Assembly (NCBI GenBank): GCA_041650915.1
Contig: JBAZKE010000001.1
Span: forward strand, 187,284-251,283
DNA length: 64,000 bases
Reading direction: 5' to 3'
DNA from: Patescibacteria group bacterium
GTDB taxonomy: Bacteria > Patescibacteriota > Patescibacteriia > UBA10025 > JAHIVO01
The translations under genes and the position numbers were made by a program. Shown piece by piece: positions 53,669 to 62,194 of this stretch; position 1 is the first letter of the stretch, and the number at the start of each line of letters is the position of its first letter. A model generated the notes under the pieces. The model did not search any database and was not told where the DNA came from. It saw nothing but the letters and a program-made list of their open reading frames with translations.

Positions 53669-54767
53669 ATGAAAGAATTAATTGAGAAGGTTACCTCGCT
53701 CAGAGAGAAGATCTTCCGTACATGGGGGTATCTTTGACCTCGATACCGTAAAAAATGAGGTGAAATCGCTCGAGTTTGAGATGGCTGAACCCCACTTTTG
53801 GTCAAACCCGGAAAAAGCGAAAAGTACAGGCCAGCGCTTCGATGAGCTCCGCGGTGAGATCGAACGCTGGGAGTCGATCCGGAAGGATGTCGATGATCTG
53901 CTCAGCATTGCGAAGGAATCCGAACGAGAGAATGATCACGCCCTCAAGCTGGAGATTACAGACCGTTATGGGCAGCTCCTCAAAAAGTTCAATGCGCTGG
54001 AGTTTTACATACTGCTGTCAGGGGACTATGATAAGCGGGACGCTCTCCTCGCGATCCATGCAGGAGCGGGCGGCGTTGACGCCCAGGATTGGGCAGCGAT
54101 GCTCCTCCGGATGTACACTCGATTCGCGGAGCGCAAGGGGTGGACCGTGCGGATACTTGATCAGTCAGTCGGATCGGAAGCCGGGATCAAAAGCGTAACC
54201 GTGGAGGTCAACGGGCGGTACGCGTACGGTTTTTTGAAATCGGAAGCGGGCGTCCACCGGCTCGTGCGCATTTCTCCCTTTGATGCGGAAAAGATGCGGC
54301 ACACCTCATTTGCGCTCGTGGAAGTCTTGCCGGAGCTCGGTGACATCGCGGAAAGCGCGATCAACGAAAAGGATATACGGGTTGATACGTTCCTCTCATC
54401 GGGACACGGCGGGCAGTCTGTAAACACGACGTACTCAGCAGTCAGGATCGTACATATTCCTACCGGTATCCGCGTATCGTGCCAGAATGAGCGGTCCCAG
54501 CAGCAGAACAGGGAAACCGCTTTGAAGATACTGCAGAGCAAGCTGCACGCGAGGCGCCTCGCGGAACAGCAGCATGAGAAACAGCAGCTCCGGGGCGAAT
54601 ACCAGGAAGCAGCTTGGGGGAACCAGGTGCGTTCGTATGTCCTCCACCCGTACCAGATGGTCAAAGACCACCGTACGAAGCACGAGGTTGGCCAGACGGA
54701 CGCTGTCCTCGACGGGTCACTCGATGATTTCATAGAAAGCTATTTACGAATGAAGGCAAAAAAATAA
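53669..54767 (+). CDS. prfB: Peptide chain release factor 2 with programmed +1 ribosomal frameshift
   Basis: Frame-0 ORF MKELIEKVTSLREKIFRTWGYL ends at CTT-TGA-C (53732-53738). It is preceded by the SD-like GGGGG, identical to the classic prfB shifty site AGGGGGTATCTTTGAC. The +1 frame continues DLDTVKN… with the RF2 'SPF' and 'GGQ' motifs. Confidence 0.85.
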
Positions 54768-54768
54768 T

Positions 54769-56664
54769 ATGTGCGGCATTGTCGGATACATTGGAACAAA
54801 AGATGCGCAGACCATACTGCTCGATGGGCTGAAACGTTTGGAGTACCGGGGGTACGATTCAGCCGGCATGACGACGGTGGGCGATACGCTCCAGACCGTC
54901 AAGGTAGCGGGCAGGATCACCGGGCTTGAAGAGCGGCTCAAGGAGCACTCGCTGGCCGGATCGGTCGGCATAGCGCATACGCGCTGGGCAACGCACGGGG
55001 AGCCGTCTGAACTCAACGCGCATCCCCATACGGACTGCGACGGGACGATTGCGATCGCACACAACGGGATTATTGAAAATTACCGTTCGCTCCGGAGCCT
55101 GCTCGAACGGGAAGGCCACACCTTCCGTACGGACACCGATACCGAGGTCATTGCGCACCTCATCGAGGGGTACTATGAAGGCAAGAACCTCGAGGGTGCA
55201 GTACGGAAAGCCCTGCGGCAGCTCGAGGGCACGTACGGCCTCGTCATCGTCAGCAGCGCTGAGCCGAAGAAAATTGTGGTCGCTCGGAACGGCAGTCCGA
55301 TCGTGCTCGGCATCAAGGAGGATGAGTACTTCGTTGCTTCCGATGCCTCCGCAATCCTCCCCTACACCCGCCAGGTCGTGTATCTCGAAGACGGTGAGAT
55401 GGCGACGTTGACGAGTAAGGGTTATAAGATTACGACGCTCGACAATCAGTCAGTCGACAAGAATGTCGAGCAGATCACCTGGGACCTCGAACAGATTGAG
55501 AAGGGGGGGTACACCCACTTTATGCTCAAGGAGATTTTTGAGCAGCCGCAGGCGATCGAAAATATTCTCGGCGGCAAAGTGAAGCGTGACGCTCCCGACG
55601 TCCGCCTGCGGTGCCTGCGTGAGGGGTTCCCGGAGAAGGTGAGCCGGATCAATTCAATCAAGATACTCGCGTGCGGAACTTCGTGGCACGCGGGGCTTGT
55701 CGGGTCATTCCTCATGGAGAAGGTGCTTCGCGTCCCCGTTACGTGTGAGCAGGCAGCCGAATTCCGCTATCGGCACCCGGTCATCCCTCCGAATACCGTG
55801 GCGCTGAGCATTTCCCAGTCCGGGGAGACGTCCGATACCAAGGGGGCCGTTGAGCTGGTCAAGAAGCTCGGAGCGTACAGTCTCGGGATCGTGAACGTCG
55901 TCGGTTCGAGCATTGCCCGCCTCGTTGACGGCGGCGTGTACCTGCACGCCGGCCCGGAAATCGGCGTCGCCTCAACGAAAGCTTTCTCAACGCAGGTTGC
56001 CGCACTCTCGCTCCTCAATATGGGGTTGGCGAAGTTCATGGATGAGCGCCAGCCGCTCGAGGGCGGCAAACCCCGCATGATCGATGACGATTATATCAAA
56101 ATCGCGAATGAACTCATCAGCCTTCCCGCAAAGGTAGAGCAAGTGTTGAGGAATGTGTATGACAAAGATACCGGCACGGGAATCGTGCAGGAGATTGCCC
56201 GTGAGTTCAAAAGGAATGACAATTTCCTGTACCTCGGCCGCGGCTACAATTTTCCGATTGCGCTCGAGGGAGCGCTCAAGCTCAAAGAAATTTCATACGT
56301 GCACGCCGAGGGTTATTCGGCAGCCGAGATGAAGCACGGTCCGATCGCCCTTATCGACGAGAATATGCCGGTCGTCATCATTGCACCGACTGACAGTGAA
56401 GAGCCGTCGAGCTACGATAAAATCGCCTCAAACGCGGAGGAAGTCCGTGCGCGGGGCGGCAGGATTATCGCGGTCGTCAACCACGGCGATTCTATCATAT
56501 CAAAGATGGCGGAGTGGGTAATCGAAATTCCCAATACGCTTGGCCACCTCGTGCCCGTGCTGGCCACCATTCCGCTGCAACTGCTCGCGTATGAGATTGC
56601 CGTGCTCCGCGGGCTCGATCCGGACAAGCCCCGCAACCTCGCAAAGTCGGTGACGGTAGAGTAG
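54769..56664 (+). CDS. glmS: Glutamine--fructose-6-phosphate aminotransferase
   Basis: 'MCGIVGY' Ntn glutaminase start, two SIS domains, 631 aa. Confidence 0.95.
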   Translation: MCGIVGYIGTKDAQTILLDGLKRLEYRGYDSAGMTTVGDTLQTVKVAGRITGLEERLKEHSLAGSVGIAHTRWATHGEPSELNAHPHTDCDGTIAIAHNGIIENYRSLRSLLEREGHTFRTDTDTEVIAHLIEGYYEGKNLEGAVRKALRQLEGTYGLVIVSSAEPKKIVVARNGSPIVLGIKEDEYFVASDASAILPYTRQVVYLEDGEMATLTSKGYKITTLDNQSVDKNVEQITWDLEQIEKGGYTHFMLKEIFEQPQAIENILGGKVKRDAPDVRLRCLREGFPEKVSRINSIKILACGTSWHAGLVGSFLMEKVLRVPVTCEQAAEFRYRHPVIPPNTVALSISQSGETSDTKGAVELVKKLGAYSLGIVNVVGSSIARLVDGGVYLHAGPEIGVASTKAFSTQVAALSLLNMGLAKFMDERQPLEGGKPRMIDDDYIKIANELISLPAKVEQVLRNVYDKDTGTGIVQEIAREFKRNDNFLYLGRGYNFPIALEGALKLKEISYVHAEGYSAAEMKHGPIALIDENMPVVIIAPTDSEEPSSYDKIASNAEEVRARGGRIIAVVNHGDSIISKMAEWVIEIPNTLGHLVPVLATIPLQLLAYEIAVLRGLDPDKPRNLAKSVTVE

Positions 56665-56718
56665 GTTGACGTAGGCAGGCGGCTGCGCTAGGATAGAGAT
56701 ATAGACCTTCCCCACAAC

Positions 56719-58245
56719 GTGCGGAAGGGATTTTGCATGGGTGGGATAACAAAATCGAAAATATTCTGTGCGGTCTGTCTGAGCGTTGTACTCGGCGTCG
56801 GCATTCGGTCCTTTTTTACGGTTCCGGTCGCTCTGCTGTACGCTGCAGGCATGCTTGGCTGTACAGTGATGCTCGTATGGTGGGCATCAAAACCTGCCCG
56901 GCTCATCGGCCTGTCAATCATCGCGCTAACTGTTGGTGTCGTCCGCTATGAGCTTGCCATGCCAGCCGTTGACGGCGGCTCCATCGCATCGTACAACGGC
57001 ACCGCAGTCCGGTTTGCCGGCATTGTCGCGGCAGAGCCGGACCAGCGGAAAGACCACACTAAATTAACGGTCGAAGCGCAGCGTGGCATAGCAGGCGCGC
57101 CTGCTGCGCTGCATGGTAAAGTGCTCGTGAAGACAACACCCTATCCGGCGTACGGGTACGGTGACCTGCTTGATATTACCTGCAGCTTAGTCGCCCCCGA
57201 GCCGATTGAGTTTGAAACCGACGTTGGCATCCGGACGTTTCGGTACGACCAGTACCTGTCGAGGTTTTCGATCTACTCGCTCTGCTACCGTCCGAGCATT
57301 ACAAAGGCGGCAGCTGGCCAGGGAAACGTTCTCCTCGGCGGTGCGCTCGCCGTGAAGGGATATTTCGTTTCCCTCGTGCAGGACGTATTTGCCGAGCCGC
57401 ACGCGTCTTTCCTCAACGGGCTCCTGCTCGGAGCGAAGAAAAGCATCCCGGACGATCTCATGGAGGCGTTTAATAGGACCGGCACGACGCACATCGTAGC
57501 GCTCTCCGGGTACAATATTGCGATCATCGCGGTGCTGGTCCAGAAGCTATGCTTGCGGCTGTGGATTTCCAGGAAGAGGGCTTTCTGGGCATCACTCGGG
57601 GCAATTTGCTTTTTTGTGCTTATCACTGGAGCGCAGGCCTCCGTTTTGCGCGCCGGGATCATGGGCATGCTCGTGCTCCTCGCGCTGCAGCTCGGGCGGC
57701 TGAGCAGGATAACCAATACGCTTGTACTTGCAGCTGCCGTCATGGTGCTGATCAACCCGAAGGTACTCGTTTTCGATGCGGGCTTCCAACTCTCGTTCCT
57801 CGCGACGATCGGGCTCGTGTACGTCTCACCGCAGCTCGAAAGGCTCTTCTCGTGGGTGCCGGCTGCGTTCGAGCTGCGGGGGAGCCTGACGGCGACGCTC
57901 GCAGCGACGGCAATGACGCTCCCGCTCATTATTTTCCAGTTCGGCCGGCTCTCAGCGGTGTCGCCGGTCGTCAATGTTTTGATCCTTCCAGCGATTCCGA
58001 TAGCTATGGGTTTCGGTTTTGTTACTGGCCTTGCGGCGCTCGTTTCCGTCGGCGCAGCGCGCGTGCTGGGCTGGATCGTATGGGCGATACTGAGCTACAT
58101 CATGCTCGTTGTTGAATTTTTTTCGAACCTTCCGTTTTCATCATTTAACATCGGCCAAATCAGCTGGTTGTGGGTTGCGGTGAGTTACGTAACGATCGCC
58201 GTGCTGATCCTGCTCAGCAGACAGCCGGGGAGGCAACGGGCGTAG
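56719..58245 (+). CDS. comEC: DNA internalisation competence protein ComEC/Rec2, N-terminal OB (DUF4131) and membrane competence domain
   Basis: 508 aa polytopic membrane protein with 'TGTTHIVALSGYNIAIIAVLV' competence-domain motifs. Ends 1 nt before the next ORF. Confidence 0.8.
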   Translation: MRKGFCMGGITKSKIFCAVCLSVVLGVGIRSFFTVPVALLYAAGMLGCTVMLVWWASKPARLIGLSIIALTVGVVRYELAMPAVDGGSIASYNGTAVRFAGIVAAEPDQRKDHTKLTVEAQRGIAGAPAALHGKVLVKTTPYPAYGYGDLLDITCSLVAPEPIEFETDVGIRTFRYDQYLSRFSIYSLCYRPSITKAAAGQGNVLLGGALAVKGYFVSLVQDVFAEPHASFLNGLLLGAKKSIPDDLMEAFNRTGTTHIVALSGYNIAIIAVLVQKLCLRLWISRKRAFWASLGAICFFVLITGAQASVLRAGIMGMLVLLALQLGRLSRITNTLVLAAAVMVLINPKVLVFDAGFQLSFLATIGLVYVSPQLERLFSWVPAAFELRGSLTATLAATAMTLPLIIFQFGRLSAVSPVVNVLILPAIPIAMGFGFVTGLAALVSVGAARVLGWIVWAILSYIMLVVEFFSNLPFSSFNIGQISWLWVAVSYVTIAVLILLSRQPGRQRA

Positions 58246-58246
58246 T

Positions 58247-59107
58247 ATGCAGTTCAAGAAGACCATCGTCATTTCCTCCGGCGCGCTCTTCCTGAGCTGC
58301 ATGCTCGTGTGCGTAACGTTCTGGTACGATGCGTCGTCACGGGAGCTGACCGTCACGTTTTTTGATGTCGGGCAGGGAGACAGCATTTTCATCCAGACAC
58401 CCTCACGGCATACGGTTCTCATCGACGGCGGACCGGATGCGGGCGTCCTGGCAAAAGTCGGCAGGCGGATGCCGTTCTACGACCGAACTATCGATCTCGT
58501 AATCTTGACGCACGTTCACGCCGACCACATTGCCGGGCTGGTACCGATCATCGAACGGTACGATGTCGGCACCGTCCTTTTCTCGAACATCGATTACACG
58601 TCGCCGGAGTACAGAGCTTGGCTCGAAACGATCGACGAGAAAGAAATCGAAGCCGTCTCGCCGCGCGCCCGCTTACAGTATCAGTTTGGTGAGGTGGATT
58701 TGGAAATCCTCTATCCGTTCGATGAGATTTCCGGCCCGTTCGGCGGGGATATCAATGATACGTCAGTCGTTGCCCGGATGCAGTATGGCAGCACCTCGTT
58801 TTTATTTACCGGGGACGCGTCAGCGTCCGTTGAGGGGGAATTGTTGCTGCAGTACGGTTCGGCGGCGCTCGAGAGCGATGTTCTGAAGGTTGGCCACCAC
58901 GGCAGCAAGTACTCATCGTCGCTCGAATTTCTCGAGGTGGTGGGCCCCCGGTACGCGGTTGTGCAGGTGGGGGAGGGCAATAGCTTCAGCCACCCGCACC
59001 GCATGGTGATGAAGCGGCTCGAGGGTCTCGGCATAAGCGTTTACCGAACCGATGAGCTCGGTGATATTACGCTCTGCAGCGACGGAAGCGCGCTCAGCAT
59101 TGAGTAG
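58247..59107 (+). CDS. ComEC C-terminal metallo-beta-lactamase-fold domain as a separate ORF
   Basis: 286 aa. 'FFDVGQGDSIFIQ', 'LTHVHADHIAGL', 'GHHGS' MBL motifs and an N-terminal TM helix. The ATG at 58247 follows the TAG at 58243-58245. Confidence 0.8.
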   Translation: MQFKKTIVISSGALFLSCMLVCVTFWYDASSRELTVTFFDVGQGDSIFIQTPSRHTVLIDGGPDAGVLAKVGRRMPFYDRTIDLVILTHVHADHIAGLVPIIERYDVGTVLFSNIDYTSPEYRAWLETIDEKEIEAVSPRARLQYQFGEVDLEILYPFDEISGPFGGDINDTSVVARMQYGSTSFLFTGDASASVEGELLLQYGSAALESDVLKVGHHGSKYSSSLEFLEVVGPRYAVVQVGEGNSFSHPHRMVMKRLEGLGISVYRTDELGDITLCSDGSALSIE

Positions 59108-59199
59108 TGCCGCTACTTGACGCAGGTCGATTGCTCTGGTAAGGTGCCAGAACCGTACGTAAACAACCAAACCAACCAAACAGAGATTGGAGGCCTCAC

Positions 59200-60252
59200 A
59201 TGGCAGAAAAAAACGCTGCTATCAAAGCAGCACCGCACGGCGATCCTGCGATCGAGCCTCAGCACGCGAAGAAGTGGTGGCGGTTTTCGGCCAGCACTGA
59301 CCAGCGCCGGGTGCTCATCGCATCGGCAGCTACCGTCTTCGGGCCGCTCCTTGTCGGGGCGATCACGGGGAGCTCGCTGCTCGGATTGCTTGCTGGCATC
59401 GTTTCGATCGGTGTGTTCGGAATCCGTTCTGTACCGCCGGTCAGCAACGCGCTTCTGTACCTGTTTTGGAACAGGCGCACGCGAATCGGCTTCTCGGAGG
59501 GGCCGGTCTGGATTCCCTGGTTCCTTGGAGCACGGCTCCAGCACGTCGACATTAAGCAGATGACGCATGACATCTCGAAGGAGGATAACTTCACAAAGGA
59601 CGGCATGCATCTCATCTACGATATCGTGGTGCACTACGGGATCACGCATATACGCGAGGAAGGCCTCTGGAAAAATTTTTCCAGGGCAGTGCGCTGGATC
59701 TCCAGCCGGGAGCAGAACGCCGCTGGACTGTACAGCTTCGTGAGCGTTGTCGACATGCCGGCGGCCATCGTGATGATGGATTCGATGGCATCCGACCTGA
59801 CGCGCGCTGCACTTAACCGGCGCGGGTTCGAACAGGTGTTCAATTTCAGCCTGGAGGGAAGAGCGGTTGCCGCCACCGCGAACGGCGATGAAATCCAGAA
59901 CGAGGTGCAGGGCCAGCTCAACGCAAAGCTCGAGCGGATCGGAATTACCGTCTATGAGTTTTCACTCAAGGACATTGATTTCCACCCATCGAGCGCGCAA
60001 GCGATGGAGCAGAAGGTGCTGTCCAAGATTTTGAGCGAGGCGATCGAAATTGCGTATCAGACTATTACGAGGATTGCCAAGAGCCTCGTTACCGAGGGTG
60101 CTGCCGTCAACCAGACAGCGCTGCTCGTCCAGGTGATCGAGGCAATGAAAAAGTCTGCTGAAAGCGCAGGCATGCTCGGACCGCTGCTGCAGTCCCTGAC
60201 CTGGGACAAGGTGCAGTCGATGGGCAGCGGCAGTTTGGGAAGTGCCGTTTAG
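59200..60252 (+). CDS. SPFH/band-7 (stomatin-prohibitin-flotillin-HflK/C-like) domain membrane protein
   Basis: N-terminal TM region, an SPFH-like segment (…TKDGMHLIYDIVVHYGITHI…) and a C-terminal coiled coil. Tentative assignment. Confidence 0.45.
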   Translation: MAEKNAAIKAAPHGDPAIEPQHAKKWWRFSASTDQRRVLIASAATVFGPLLVGAITGSSLLGLLAGIVSIGVFGIRSVPPVSNALLYLFWNRRTRIGFSEGPVWIPWFLGARLQHVDIKQMTHDISKEDNFTKDGMHLIYDIVVHYGITHIREEGLWKNFSRAVRWISSREQNAAGLYSFVSVVDMPAAIVMMDSMASDLTRAALNRRGFEQVFNFSLEGRAVAATANGDEIQNEVQGQLNAKLERIGITVYEFSLKDIDFHPSSAQAMEQKVLSKILSEAIEIAYQTITRIAKSLVTEGAAVNQTALLVQVIEAMKKSAESAGMLGPLLQSLTWDKVQSMGSGSLGSAV

Positions 60253-60517
60253 TACGCAGAGCGTTTGCGCTCGGGCTCATATGGGACATGGGCTCTTTTT
60301 TTATATTTATCCCCTTGACAAATCTACGGAAAAGTACTAGGATTGAAAGCCGTGTAAACTGCCCAGAGTGCATTTACACTGCCTGAGATCTGTATAGATC
60401 TTTGACAACTTGTGAACTGGAAAAAACCGTAAAAAAGAATCTGAAGTATATAGAAGAAAAGAGGTACAAGATGAAGAAACTGCATTGTTGTTTTGACACA
60501 ATCGGAATTGAAGGGGG

Positions 60518-61618
60518 GTGGTGAGCTTGGCAAGGACGGGTTTAACCGCAGGTAGCGCCAGTCACGTGGCACGGCAGACTGTAATTAGAATGATGTTGAA
60601 TGCGGGCCTGGTCAGGCTCGCGAATACACCAGCTGTACAGGATGCCATGACTCAACTGGGACACTTACTGCATGATGCACCGGGAGGTAATTTTGCAGTG
60701 AGCCTTGGACATACGATCATCGATTTCGTGCCTTCCGGCGACGCTCGGGCTGCGCTCGAGACCGTGTATAACCGGGCGGTGTTCAGTACATCGCCACAAC
60801 GACAGGAGACTGAGATGCCTAATAAAGGAGGCAAAGGAAAAACTGAGGTGAGTACGGGTACTCCTGGTACGCAGGCTCGCAACGGCGAGGACTTCGTACA
60901 GAAGGGGCGTACGCTCGTGCTGAGCCTCGGCGATCCTGCCTCGGGTACTATCTCAGGCTGGATCGCTCTGCTCGCAACAACCGAACAGCAAAACTTTGTG
61001 TATGCTGTCATTGGTGAGTTCTATAACGCATCGGCGCTGCAGCAGATCCATGCGATCTGGAAGGATCGCGAGAATCCGGATCCGCTCCTCATCTTTGGAC
61101 TGGAGCTAAATCCGGGTATCGCAGCCGGCATACGTATTGCCGGAGATGATGACCAGATTGCCGAGCCGCAGACTGTCGGTGAGAAGCGAGCTGCCGTTAT
61201 GGGCTGGCTCGCAAGCGGCGTACCTGGAGTGTACAAGCACCTCGCTGACGTTCTCGCGAAGAGCGTAGCAAGTGACTCGCCGGCCGATCGCCAGCGCTTT
61301 GATGAGTACATGGCGACGTTCTATCCGCTCGGTCCGTCCCGGACTATTTTGCAGTTTTCGCTGCTTAATGATCTCGGGATAGAAGAGCTGGCAAAGGTGT
61401 GTGGCGTTCGCGCCAATATGTTCACCAAGGTCACTCAATTCCTGAAGAAGTTTTTCGCAAAGGTGCGCAAACGCACCCGGGGCAGCTTTGATAGCGATAC
61501 GCTCAGGCGGTACGCGGCAGCGCTCAATGAAGAAAACCGGAGGCTTGGTATGCCGGAGGTTCAACCTTCGACACGCCCGCCTAAGGTTATCACTCTCGGA
61601 TACGATGGACAGAAATAG
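60518..61618 (+). CDS. Hypothetical cytoplasmic protein
   Basis: 366 aa. GTG start preceded by a GAAGGGGGG RBS, no TM segments, no recognisable motif. Follows a ~265-bp AT-rich intergenic region. Confidence 0.5.
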   Translation: MVSLARTGLTAGSASHVARQTVIRMMLNAGLVRLANTPAVQDAMTQLGHLLHDAPGGNFAVSLGHTIIDFVPSGDARAALETVYNRAVFSTSPQRQETEMPNKGGKGKTEVSTGTPGTQARNGEDFVQKGRTLVLSLGDPASGTISGWIALLATTEQQNFVYAVIGEFYNASALQQIHAIWKDRENPDPLLIFGLELNPGIAAGIRIAGDDDQIAEPQTVGEKRAAVMGWLASGVPGVYKHLADVLAKSVASDSPADRQRFDEYMATFYPLGPSRTILQFSLLNDLGIEELAKVCGVRANMFTKVTQFLKKFFAKVRKRTRGSFDSDTLRRYAAALNEENRRLGMPEVQPSTRPPKVITLGYDGQK

Positions 61619-61648
61619 AAAGAAATGAAATGAGAAAGGAGGCCTTAA

Positions 61649-62194
61649 GTGGCTGAAGAAAGAAACAAAGAAGCGGAGCAGGCCATCCGCGGAGCAATTG
61701 ATGAGCTCAATGGCATATGGGGCGATACGCTCCAGTTCGTGAGGGATCTGATTAAAGATCTCCCCGCGTTCAAGCTGCTGCTCGTATTCCTCGCTGGCGG
61801 CATCGCTGCGGACATTTTCTTCAACCGGCTCGAAAAGCTGGTCGCTGAAGATGCTGAGGAGCGAATGATCGCCCGCCAAATGCTGTGGCAGCACCGGCGG
61901 AAGCTTGCCGAACACTACGGCAAGCTCGGCTGGGAAAAGGTCATTAAACTCGCTAAAAAGATCAAGGGGAAATACCCGGATCTTTTGGACTGGCTTGCTA
62001 AAAGGGGCTGGGAGGACACTGTTCATGCAAATGGGCTGATCGAGCAAGGCAATGCTCGTTTAGCTCAAACCGGGCTTTTCTCCTGGTTGCAGTGCCCGCC
62101 CTTTGCAGGTCCCAAGCGGATACCCAGTTCAACCGCTTGCAAACTGTTGCCTGCACCGGTAGGGACGATGGAGGTGAACGATGAAAGCAACTGA
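61649..62194 (+). CDS. Hypothetical protein with one predicted TM helix
   Basis: 181 aa. The stop overlaps the start of the next gene (GGAGGTGAACG-ATGA). Confidence 0.45.
   Translation: MAEERNKEAEQAIRGAIDELNGIWGDTLQFVRDLIKDLPAFKLLLVFLAGGIAADIFFNRLEKLVAEDAEERMIARQMLWQHRRKLAEHYGKLGWEKVIKLAKKIKGKYPDLLDWLAKRGWEDTVHANGLIEQGNARLAQTGLFSWLQCPPFAGPKRIPSSTACKLLPAPVGTMEVNDESN

Noticed and set aside
53426-53737. 103-aa ORF called as an independent gene
   Set aside because: Only its last 22 codons are real. They are the frame-0 N-terminus of prfB ahead of the programmed +1 frameshift.
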